Below, piece after piece: positions 1-7,767 of a stretch of DNA of 22,431 nucleotides (positions are counted from its first letter, which is position 1; each line of letters opens with the position of its first letter). The position numbers and the translations under genes were made by a program. The notes below the pieces were generated by a model. That model saw only the letters and a program-made list of their open reading frames with translations, was not told where the DNA came from and searched no databases. Source of the stretch: an uncultured Halobacteria archaeon (GTDB lineage Archaea; Halobacteriota; Syntropharchaeia; Alkanophagales; Methanospirareceae); assembly GCA_964473145.1 (NCBI GenBank), contig CAYYNW010000011.1:1-22431 (forward strand). The letters run 5' to 3'.

Positions 1-158
1 ACTATGTCCTGGATTATATCCGGATGGCGCCGTCCTTAAGCGCTGAGGAAGTACTACAGCGCACGGAGGAGCGATTTGGATCGTGTCAGGAGCTGGAAAC
101 CGTGCAGCACTTCATACGTGAGAATGAGGCGGAGCTCGTGCACGACTGCCGGGCGTAA
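1..158 (+). CDS. 3' end of an unidentified protein-coding gene; the gene starts upstream of the window
   Basis: The frame starting at position 3 is open to TAA at 156-158 and reads YVLDYIRMAPSLSAEEVLQRTEERFGSCQELETVQHFIRENEAELVHDCRA. Codon usage resembles the neighbouring genes. No recognisable motif. Confidence 0.35.
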   Translation, partial: YVLDYIRMAPSLSAEEVLQRTEERFGSCQELETVQHFIRENEAELVHDCRA

Positions 159-185
159 CGCATTCATGCACAGGCGTGAACGGCA

Positions 186-1542
186 CTATCTCCGATCCAC
201 GAGCCGTTTCGGCCTGCCCTTGACCTGGTAGAGCTCCAAGCCGCCAGGGCCGATGAAGTTGAAGATGATCTTGAACGAATTCTCGGCATACGCCTCGGCG
301 AGCCGCGGCTTGTACTGGAAGAAGGCTTTGAGGAAGTTCTCCTCCACTACTTTGCGATCAGATCGTTGAGGATCGAAGCACTCGACGCTCACGCGCATCA
401 CCGTCTCGCCTTCATCGTCACCGCCGTAGAGGAACGCTTCGTACTCGCCCGTGAGGTACTCCATGTTCTCGCGCTGGAAGACGCCGCGTTCGACGTCCAC
501 ACGGTTGAACGGCGTCTCGGCGACCCAGAAGGTCTCGGCCTCGCGCTGCGGGTTCAGTACCCTTACATGCGTTCTCCCACAGGGGCACCGGTCGCGTGTG
601 AGCACCACGGTCGTGTCCTCTGTATCGTAGTTGAGGAGGAGCGTGCCGCACTTCTCGCCCACCGGGAGGAGTGTGGAGCACGATGCGCCCGCATTCGCCC
701 TCGGGCACGAACCCGCCGAAGTGCGGATCGTACACATCCAGATGTACCAGGTCTTCAGGCACGTGGAGGCCCTTCAGCGCAGTGCATTCGCCACACATCG
801 TGCCCTCGGTGCTCCCGTAGGTATTGTAGACGTCACAGCCCCAGAGCTCCGCGAGGTATGCACGTGACTCATCGGCGAAACTCTCTCCACCGACCACGAG
901 CCGCTTGACGCTCGAGTCCTGTGGCGGGAGCTGCTCCAGCGTCATCCGCCGTGCGAGCCGCAGGAGTTTGAAGACACTGCCTACCAGGCCTGTGGGCTGG
1001 TACGATTTGAGGATCCGAACCGGGAAGGTGCATTTCCCTTCCGGGATGATGGTCATCCCGATCTTCTGTGCGGCGAGCGTCATTGTGTTCGCGCCCACAT
1101 TCATCCCGTAGGAGGCGCAGACCACGACGCGATCTCCGGGCCCGAAGCCCTGCGAGACGAAACTGCGTGCGTACTTCTCCGCGTACCGTTGCCAGTCCTC
1201 CCAGGAGAGGAAGAATGCCTTGGGCGTGCCGCTGGTCCCGCTCGTCTCGTGGAGCGTGAAGATCTCAGGCCAGTCGCGGCTCCGGAACTCGAACTCCGCA
1301 GTCTCCAGCGGCTGATGCTCGCGGATCGTCTGACCGGAGATAATGGGCAGTTCCTGCAGATCTTCGTGGGTTCGCACGTCGGCAGGTTGAATGCCGTGCT
1401 CACGGAACCACTTCTTATAGAACGGCGAATGCTCGTACGCGTAGTTGACCGTATAGCGGATGCGTTCGTCAACGAGCGCGTCGAGATCTCCTCGTTCCAT
1501 CGTCTCGATGGCTTCGTTAAAGAACCGTTTTCCGGAGTTCAT
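186..1542 (-). pseudogene. paaK: Phenylacetate-CoA ligase (PaaK / coenzyme F390 synthetase family), interrupted by a frameshift near 677-684
   Basis: ORF 418-1542 carries adenylate-forming motifs (HETSGTSGTPK, NTYGSTEG) up to ...GECGRIVL. Family-like sequence then continues in another frame in ORF 186-737 (STLLPVGEKCGTLLLNYDTEDTTVVLTRDRCPCGRTH...GRPKRLVD). The out-of-frame tail of the long ORF is Arg/Pro-rich nonsense. Confidence 0.8.
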
Positions 1543-1570
1543 TCCTTACGTAAACCTAAGGCGTTTACGA

Positions 1571-1577
1571 TTATATA
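1571..1577 (-). promoter_or_regulatory. TATA-like element upstream of paaK
   Basis: The sequence ttatata lies about 30 nt upstream of the paaK ATG (1540-1542), a spacing that would fit an archaeal short-leader transcript. Confidence 0.25.
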
Positions 1578-1683
1578 GCTCGATAATCCCAGAACCATTC
1601 CGCCACAGGCGGGCTTTGCGCATGATCTGAAAGCAACACTGTCAGCATTTTATCGTGCCAATCTTACTAGAACTAAGAGCACC

Positions 1684-3030
1684 GTGATCACGTTACGCTA
1701 CGAGAAAGGGACGCTCGCCGTTACGAGCAATTTCAAGCTGCCGCACACCGTATGGGATACGCGCTCGGGCGTTTACCGCTGCTTACCCCTCTTCTATCGA
1801 GAATTAACCGACTATTTGCAGCTCTCCCGGCTCGACTACGAAGACGACGTGCTTGATCTCCCACCGATGCCGCAGTTAACCGAAGCACTCAAGCTGCGTG
1901 ATTATCAAACCGAGGCGCTGCAGCGCTGGCTGCGCACGAACCAGGGCGTCCTGGTGCTGCCGACCGGCGCGGGAAAGACGATCATTGCGATAAAGGCAAT
2001 CGCAACGCTGAACGTCCCCACGCTGGTCGTCGTGCCAACCCTGGAGCTCGTGAAGCAGTGGCAGCGTGAGCTCGAAGCACGGTTAAACATAGAACCAGGC
2101 ACATACAGCGGCGAATCCCATATTCTGAAGCCGATAACCGTAGCAACCTACGATACCGCGTATCTGCGCGCCGAAGAGCTCGGGAACAAGTTCCTGCTCC
2201 TCGTCTTCGATGAGGTACACCATCTGCCCTCGCCCGGCTATTCCACTATCGCGGAGCTCTTCGTCGCCCCGTACCGGCTGGGCTTGACGGCCACGTACGA
2301 ACGCGAGGACGGCCGGCACACGGACCTGGAGCGGCTGGTCGGTGGTAAGATTTACGAGATAGGCGTTGAGAAACTAACCGGAAAGCACCTGGCGGAATAC
2401 ACGACACGGAAGATCGTTACTGACCTGACGGATGAGGAACGGGCGGAGTATGAGAAGCATTATGTGGTCTTCACCGATTTCCTCAAGACGAAACGGATCA
2501 TCCTGCGAACTCCACGGGACTTCCAACGGTTCGTCATGCGCACCGGGCGCGATCCGAAGGCGCGTGAAGCGCTGCTGGCACGGAATCGGGCGCGACAGAT
2601 CGCATTGAATTCACGCACCAAGTTGGATGCGCTCGCTAAGATTCTGACGGAGCATCCCGGTGACCGCACGATCATCTTCACCGAGCATAACTCGCTCGTC
2701 TACGCGATCTCCCGAGAGTTTTTGATACCCGCGATCACGCATACCACGCCGAAAGAGGAGCGGGCGGAGGTCCTCGAGAAGTTCCGGGCCGGGCAGTACC
2801 GGAGGATTGTCACCTCGAAGGTGCTGGAAGAGGGCATTGACGTGCCCGAGGCCTCGGTCGGGGTGATCCTGAGTGGCAGCGGGAGCAAACGCGAGTACAA
2901 GCAGCGGCTGGGCCGCATCTTGCGGAAGAAAGAGGGTAAACTGGCGATCCTCTATGAGATCGTCTCGAAAGGGACGACGGAGATCGGGATCTCGCGGAGG
3001 CGGAAGAGTACCGTGACTGATTCGTCTTAA
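1684..3030 (+). CDS. xpb: XPB (Rad25/ERCC3-type) SF2 DNA helicase
   Basis: 448-aa ORF with a GTG start. Walker A is VLPTGAGKT and motif II is FDEVHHL. GLTATYEREDGR contains the XPB-specific RED motif. C-terminal helicase motifs are VLEEGIDVPE and QRLGRILR. A Bax1 gene lies downstream. Confidence 0.9.
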   Translation: MITLRYEKGTLAVTSNFKLPHTVWDTRSGVYRCLPLFYRELTDYLQLSRLDYEDDVLDLPPMPQLTEALKLRDYQTEALQRWLRTNQGVLVLPTGAGKTIIAIKAIATLNVPTLVVVPTLELVKQWQRELEARLNIEPGTYSGESHILKPITVATYDTAYLRAEELGNKFLLLVFDEVHHLPSPGYSTIAELFVAPYRLGLTATYEREDGRHTDLERLVGGKIYEIGVEKLTGKHLAEYTTRKIVTDLTDEERAEYEKHYVVFTDFLKTKRIILRTPRDFQRFVMRTGRDPKAREALLARNRARQIALNSRTKLDALAKILTEHPGDRTIIFTEHNSLVYAISREFLIPAITHTTPKEERAEVLEKFRAGQYRRIVTSKVLEEGIDVPEASVGVILSGSGSKREYKQRLGRILRKKEGKLAILYEIVSKGTTEIGISRRRKSTVTDSS

Positions 3031-3033
3031 TCC

Positions 3034-3067
3034 GAAGCACGATTGACGTAAACTTTTAACGTGCTTC
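3034..3067 (+). terminator. Inverted repeat immediately after the xpb stop codon
   Basis: gaagcacg (3034-3041) and cgtgcttc (3060-3067) form a perfect 8-bp stem. The 18-nt loop contains cttttaa. Confidence 0.25.
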
Positions 3068-3084
3068 AGAACAAAGAAGAAATC

Positions 3085-3357
3085 ATGGAACTCATTTCGA
3101 TTCCCATTCTCATCAGCAAAGAAGGTACATGGTTTGTGGCATCGTGCCCGCTCCTTGACATAGGCACGCAGGGAAGGACCGAGGAAGAAGTGAAAGAGAA
3201 TATGGCGGATTTAATCGAAGAGTACCTAGAAGATCCCGACACAGCAAAACCTGACTTGGAGGCTATTTCGTCAACGTCAATCACTCTGACCTCCGTTCCC
3301 ATCAAGATACGAGGTGTTTATCGTGGCACTGGAACTTCGCCCGCTACCACAGCATGA
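3085..3357 (+). CDS. hicB: HicB-family (UPF0150) antitoxin-like protein
   Basis: MELISIPILISKEGTWFVASCPLLDIGTQGRTEEEVKENMADLIEEYLEDP matches the HicB N-terminal-domain pattern: beta strands, a G-x-T/S-x-E-E-A motif, then a helix ending in YLE. The ATG at 3085 is preferred over the GTG at 3061. The C-terminal tail looks atypical. Confidence 0.65.
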   Translation: MELISIPILISKEGTWFVASCPLLDIGTQGRTEEEVKENMADLIEEYLEDPDTAKPDLEAISSTSITLTSVPIKIRGVYRGTGTSPATTA

Positions 3358-3463
3358 GGTCATAAAAATCCTTGAAACGAACGGATTTAGCCGCGTCCGA
3401 TCACGAAAGCATATAGTATCTAAGAGGAGAGACACTGAAAAACAAACAATAAGGTATTTTTAA
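3323..3463 (+). pseudogene. hicA: HicA-like mRNA-interferase remnant, C-terminally truncated (46 codons)
   Basis: A small frame missing from the ORF track reads VALELRPLPQHEVIKILETNGFSRVRSRKHIVSKRRDTEKQTIRYF*. The EVIKILExxGF...R..(S)H(I)V pattern is HicA/YcfA-like. The roughly 25 C-terminal residues expected after the His region are absent. It overlaps the hicB 3' end by 35 nt. Confidence 0.4.
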
Positions 3464-3496
3464 AAAATGAGACACTATAAATAGGAGGTGATATGA

Positions 3497-4699
3497 ATGA
3501 GGTTCAGTGATGTCAAGCAATTATATTACATCACCCATGTCAGGAATGTCCCCTCCATACTGAAGCATGGCATCCTCTCTCATGAGCGTGTTGAAAGAGA
3601 GGGGTTAGAGTACCGTCCCATTTATGATGCCGAAATCGTTGGAAGGCGTAAAGAAATTCGGACACCTGATGGTAGAGATCTTTGGGATTTTGCCAATCTT
3701 TACTTCCAAGCCCGAAATGCGATGCTCTATCGCGTAGTGACCGAAAAGAGCGCTGATGAAATAGCGGTTCTCGCGGTCAACAGAGATATCCTTACCATAA
3801 AACGGCCGGATTTGTTTATCTCTACCGGTAATGCTGCAAGCGTAGGAAGTAATATCCTCCCTAAAAAAGAAGGGTTGGCCAATATTGACGCTAATGTCCT
3901 GACTATGGAATATTGGACGGTAGAGGATGGTTCAAAAAGAAAGATGATGGCTGAGTGTCTAGTTCCAGACAGCGTGCCATCTTCCTTAATTGAAACGATC
4001 TATGTAGCAAGTCACCGGGCTGCGGAGCAGGTGAAAGCGGAAGTACCCCAGACAAACATACCGATCATTCCTGAGCCGTATATGTTTTTCCAACCTTATA
4101 ATAAAATAGATCTCACTTCCAACCTTTCCCTTATCGAGGGAGATATGCTATTTTCTCGGCTGCATACACTTACCATAAGTGTGAACATTGTTGGCATCAT
4201 GGGGAAAGGACTTGCTTCGAGGGCGAAATATCAGTTTCCTGATGTTTATGTATTTTATCAAGACTTATGCCGAAAGAAAACCCTGCGAATGGGCAAGCCG
4301 TATCTTTATAAACGTGAATACGAATACTCATTCGATTATCAATTGGCAGACGACCCGTTAACCTTGTCCAATGCGAATTTGGAGACCTGGTTCCTCCTAT
4401 TTCCAACGAAACGCCACTGGCGCGAGCGGGGTGACATACATGGCATTGAGGAAGGATTGCAATGGCTTGTAGATAATTATAAAGGAGAAGGAATTAAATC
4501 ACTGGCGCTCCCAGCTCTTGGGTGTGGGCTTGGTTGGTTGGAGTGGCGTGAGGTAGGCCCGTTACTCTATAGATACCTTGCAACACTTGAGATCCCCGTT
4601 TGGATCTATTTACCCCGAGAGAGAAAGGTTCCTGACCAAGAACTTACAAAAGAGTTCTTAGAACGAGAAGGATTGGCTCGGTTCACTCGTGCCACGTGA
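3497..4699 (+). CDS. Fusion protein: N-terminal DarT-like (DUF4433) ADP-ribosyltransferase domain plus C-terminal DarG-like macrodomain
   Basis: Uninterrupted 400-aa ORF. A strong SD (ggaggtg, 3484-3490) lies 6 nt before the ATG. N-terminal landmarks: LYYITHVRNVPSILKHGILS, NLYFQARNAMLY, STGNAAS, KRKMMAECLVPD. C-terminal landmarks: NIVGIMGKGLA, LLFPTKRHWRE, LALPALGCGLGWLEW, VWIYLP. AT-richer than the flanks. Confidence 0.85.
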   Translation: MRFSDVKQLYYITHVRNVPSILKHGILSHERVEREGLEYRPIYDAEIVGRRKEIRTPDGRDLWDFANLYFQARNAMLYRVVTEKSADEIAVLAVNRDILTIKRPDLFISTGNAASVGSNILPKKEGLANIDANVLTMEYWTVEDGSKRKMMAECLVPDSVPSSLIETIYVASHRAAEQVKAEVPQTNIPIIPEPYMFFQPYNKIDLTSNLSLIEGDMLFSRLHTLTISVNIVGIMGKGLASRAKYQFPDVYVFYQDLCRKKTLRMGKPYLYKREYEYSFDYQLADDPLTLSNANLETWFLLFPTKRHWRERGDIHGIEEGLQWLVDNYKGEGIKSLALPALGCGLGWLEWREVGPLLYRYLATLEIPVWIYLPRERKVPDQELTKEFLEREGLARFTRAT

Positions 4700-4800
4700 A
4701 GAGAAGAAGATGGACGCCCAGGAAAGCAAATAAAGGGACCTCAAATGATCGGTGACGGCAAATTACGTGAGGCGCCTAGCACCCAGGTTAGGTAGGCACC

Positions 4801-6342
4801 ATGCTCCCCAGTGAACTCCTCATCACGCGGACGAAAAAGGACCGAATCCATCCGGATTTCCTGCAGGTGGATGCGGAGCAGCTGGAGCTGGCCGAGGAGC
4901 TCATCAGCGTGTACCAGCAGTTTGTGGGCACGAAGAAGGGCGAGCTCAACGATTTTATGGAAGAGTTCGAGCAGGGTCTGGAGTTCAAACGCATCCGCGG
5001 CTTGAGGACGCTGCTGGAGCGCCGGTGCACCTTCGTCTCGAAGCATGTAGTCGCGCCCGTAGAGGCACGGCGGGCGGTATTTCACGCGGCCAACGCTCAA
5101 AACGTGACGTCTCAAGCCGAGCGAATCGTGGTGATTACTGCTGTTGCGGGAGAACTGAACGTTTCCGCGAGTGATCTGGAGCAGTCGCTCTGGGCCGATC
5201 TGGACGCGGAAGTGTTCCTGGAGCAGTTTGAGCCGCTGAGGCCCGAGGAGTTGCTGCGGTGGTACAACCTCTCGTTAGCGCAGACGCTGCTCTTCAGGGC
5301 AACTGGTATGACCCTGACGATCATGGACCGTACGCCAGCGCTCTTCCGGGCGATCAAGTATTTCGGGCTGATGTATTTGCCCGAGGGCGGGCAGAAGATA
5401 CGGATCGAGGGCGCGCCGTCGTTACTCAAGCTGAGCGAGCGATACGGCACGGCGCTCGCCAAGCTGCTGCCCCTGATCGTCAGAAGTGGGAACTGGGCGC
5501 TCGACGCCGAGATCGTGGTTCGGAGGGAGAACACGCCGCGGATCTACCATTTTCTGCTGGACAGCCGCGATAAGCATGTGGTGACGAGCGACGAGGGAAA
5601 GGGGGAAGAGGTAACAACCACATTTGACAGCAGCGTCGAGCAGAAATTCTACACTGAGTTCGTCTCGTTACCGATCGCGCAGCGGTGGGAGCTTGTGCGC
5701 GAGCCGGATGTCATCGTAACGAAGGGGGGCGTGCTCATCCCGGACTTCAAATTCGTCCATAAAGAATTGAGCCTGGAGACGTATTTCGAGATCGTGGGCT
5801 TCTGGACCGAGGAATATCTCAAGCGGAAACTGGCGAAGATACGGGCATTGCCGTTCACGATGCTCGTGGCCATTGATAAAAGCTTAGCGTGCTTCAACTT
5901 CGAGCCCTTCGGGTTCGGGCTGGAGCAGCCGCTCATCCTCTACAGCAAGAAGGTGCCGGTTGGCGAGGTTGTCCAGTACTTAACGGCACTTGAACGAGAG
6001 GCAGTCACGAAGCAGGTGGCATCCCTGAAAGAGCAGGCAATAGAGCTTACAGGGGATATTATTCCGATTAAAGACCTGGCGAAGAGGTACGGGATGGGTC
6101 AGGATACCGTGCGAGCGAGCATGAAGGATCCGGAGTACGTGGTGTTCAAGGAGGTTTTCGTCAAGCAGAAGCTGCTGCGAAAAGTGAAGGAGAAGCTGGT
6201 GGCTGTCGAGAAGTACGTGGAGGCACGCAACATCATCGAGGAGGCAGGGCTAAGGAATGCGGATGAGGTGCTGGCGCACTTCGGATTCAGGGTGCAGTGG
6301 AAGGGGTTGGATCCAGGTGCGGCAACCATTACGCTTCAATAA
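4801..6342 (+). CDS. bax1: Bax1 (DUF790) nuclease, the partner of XPB
   Basis: 513-aa ORF. The N-terminus MLPSELLITRTKKDRIHPDFL is typical of Bax1. The nuclease region reads FDSSVEQKFYTEF...WELVREPDVIV...VLIPDFKF...YFEIVGFWTEEYLKRKL. It lies on the same strand as xpb. Confidence 0.9.
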   Translation: MLPSELLITRTKKDRIHPDFLQVDAEQLELAEELISVYQQFVGTKKGELNDFMEEFEQGLEFKRIRGLRTLLERRCTFVSKHVVAPVEARRAVFHAANAQNVTSQAERIVVITAVAGELNVSASDLEQSLWADLDAEVFLEQFEPLRPEELLRWYNLSLAQTLLFRATGMTLTIMDRTPALFRAIKYFGLMYLPEGGQKIRIEGAPSLLKLSERYGTALAKLLPLIVRSGNWALDAEIVVRRENTPRIYHFLLDSRDKHVVTSDEGKGEEVTTTFDSSVEQKFYTEFVSLPIAQRWELVREPDVIVTKGGVLIPDFKFVHKELSLETYFEIVGFWTEEYLKRKLAKIRALPFTMLVAIDKSLACFNFEPFGFGLEQPLILYSKKVPVGEVVQYLTALEREAVTKQVASLKEQAIELTGDIIPIKDLAKRYGMGQDTVRASMKDPEYVVFKEVFVKQKLLRKVKEKLVAVEKYVEARNIIEEAGLRNADEVLAHFGFRVQWKGLDPGAATITLQ

Positions 6343-6443
6343 GTGGTGTTAAACCTCAAAAAAATTCTAACTATGCGAGTAAGCAGCGCAAAGCGTCGGA
6401 GATACATGCACGTTCGACTTTAGCCGCTGGTTATGCATTCCTA

Positions 6444-6920
6444 TCAACCATTTACTGCCCCAAGCTTCCTATCAGTGATCTGCCTTATTATGGCAGTAGT
6501 CGACCCCCAGTCAATTTCAGATAATTTGTTTGTTTTTGGAATGTGTACCGTAAATTCTCTTTGATTTTCAGTATGATGATGCCTAACGTCTCTCAAAAAA
6601 ATCCAATACGCTTCGTTCTCTAACTCTACGTATTTTACGAGCATTACAACTGTCAAAAGACTACGAAGATAATTATATGTCGATATCTTTAATTGAATAG
6701 TTTCTTCGTTTTCATGCCCACTGCTATTTCGTGATGCTTTCAATTGGACAAGTAATTGCAATCCTTTTAGCTCTCCATTTTCCGCGATACCAATCTCGAA
6801 GTCTACGCCGTAATCATTTTGAGGCCGATTGACAGGCCAGCTTTGAGGTATATGATTACGTAAGAATGTTTCGGATTTCTGTTCAATGATATGCGTTTCA
6901 TGTCTGATTGGATATGGCAT
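6444..6920 (-). CDS. DUF4365 domain protein (restriction-endonuclease-like fold)
   Basis: 158-aa ORF. NDYGVDFEIGI...GELKGLQLLVQLKAS followed by ...VVMLVKYVELENEAYWIFL matches the DUF4365 pattern (DyGiD, a Q/E-x-K motif, then PvllV...ayW). An aggaag RBS-like motif lies about 9 nt upstream. Very AT-rich. Confidence 0.75.
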   Translation of the reverse strand: MPYPIRHETHIIEQKSETFLRNHIPQSWPVNRPQNDYGVDFEIGIAENGELKGLQLLVQLKASRNSSGHENEETIQLKISTYNYLRSLLTVVMLVKYVELENEAYWIFLRDVRHHHTENQREFTVHIPKTNKLSEIDWGSTTAIIRQITDRKLGAVNG

Positions 6921-7146
6921 CGTTAAGTCTTCCTAAAAGCATAACATTCACTTTTCCTCGCGGGTGCGGTATCTCCCTCCCTTCGGTCTCCGCGACTTCC
7001 AGCCACAGTTCGATAGCGATTTTAATCTCCCGTAACGCCGCCTCCTCTGTCTCGCCAAATGCCGAGCAGCCGGGTAACTCGGGCACCACCGCAATGTACC
7101 CTTCGTCCTCGTCACTATAGAAGATCTCGATCGCGTATTTAGACAT
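6898..7146 (-). CDS. hicB: HicB-family (UPF0150) antitoxin-like protein
   Basis: Taking the internal ATG at 7146 gives 82 aa: MSKYAIEIFYSDEDEGYIAVVPELPGCSAFGETEEAALREIKIAIELWLE. This is a textbook HicB N-terminal domain. The longer ORF extension (to 7284) is hydrophobic nonsense. The 3' end overlaps the DUF4365 start by 23 nt. Confidence 0.75.
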   Translation of the reverse strand: MSKYAIEIFYSDEDEGYIAVVPELPGCSAFGETEEAALREIKIAIELWLEVAETEGREIPHPRGKVNVMLLGRLNDAISNQT

Positions 7147-7206
7147 CGCTTTTCCCTCCACGTGAATGAAGAGCATAAAGGGATTTAAGAGTAAAAGAAG
7201 ATACGT

Positions 7207-7767
7207 ATGAGAAGGAAAGAAGTAAACATGGCAGAGCAAGTCGAGAGCGGCTTTCAGAGGGAGAAGTTTAAGCAGGTGCTCCATTACCTCATCTTCAAGT
7301 GCGGCTCGCTGGAGAACGTCGGGAAGACCGTGCTCTTCAAGCTCCTCTACTTCTCGGATTTCGATTACTACGAGCTCTACGAGGAGAAGTTAACCGATGA
7401 ATCGTATCGCAAGTTGGAGCACAGGCCCGCTCCGAGCCATTTTGACGACGCGGTGCGGGAACTCGAAGTCGAGGGCAAAATTGAAACGACGGTTGCGACA
7501 TTCGGAACGTTCGATCAGCAGAAATTTCTCCCCGTTAAAAAGCCATCGCTGGATCTGCTCACGGCAAATGAGCTCCAGGTCATCGAGAACGATATCGCGA
7601 AATACTGCAGCATGAACGCAAAACAGATAAGTGCATTTTCGCACAGAGACATACCATATAAAGCAACTGCTGAGGGCGATATTATCGACTACGAATTGGT
7701 ATTCTACAGAGACGTCCTGTTCTCTGTCCGAGAATACGAAGATGACCGAGTTCTTGCAGGTCGATGA
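7207..7767 (+). CDS. Panacea / DUF4065 (SocA-, GepA-like) antitoxin-domain protein
   Basis: FKQVLHYLIFKCGSLENVGKTVLFKLLYFSDFDYYELYEEKLTDESYRKLEHRPAP fits the DUF4065 pattern (KLlYf.D...g.plt...Y......GP.p). An alternative start is the ATG at 7228 (MAEQ...). It is divergent from the hicB/DUF4365 pair. Confidence 0.7.
   Translation: MRRKEVNMAEQVESGFQREKFKQVLHYLIFKCGSLENVGKTVLFKLLYFSDFDYYELYEEKLTDESYRKLEHRPAPSHFDDAVRELEVEGKIETTVATFGTFDQQKFLPVKKPSLDLLTANELQVIENDIAKYCSMNAKQISAFSHRDIPYKATAEGDIIDYELVFYRDVLFSVREYEDDRVLAGR

Noticed and set aside
3456-3482. TATA-like strings (tttttaaaaaa, ctataaata) just upstream of the DarT-macro gene, considered as its promoter
   Set aside because: They lie only 15-40 nt from the ATG. 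A TSS 25 nt downstream would remove or abut the strong SD. It cannot be called without TSS data.
3075-4714. A short similar sequence at both edges of islet 1, considered as a target-site duplication: agaagaaatcatgga at 3075-3089 and agaagaagatgga at 4702-4714
   Set aside because: It is only about 12 matching nt, contains an indel, and is purine-rich low complexity. This is too weak without a computational repeat search.
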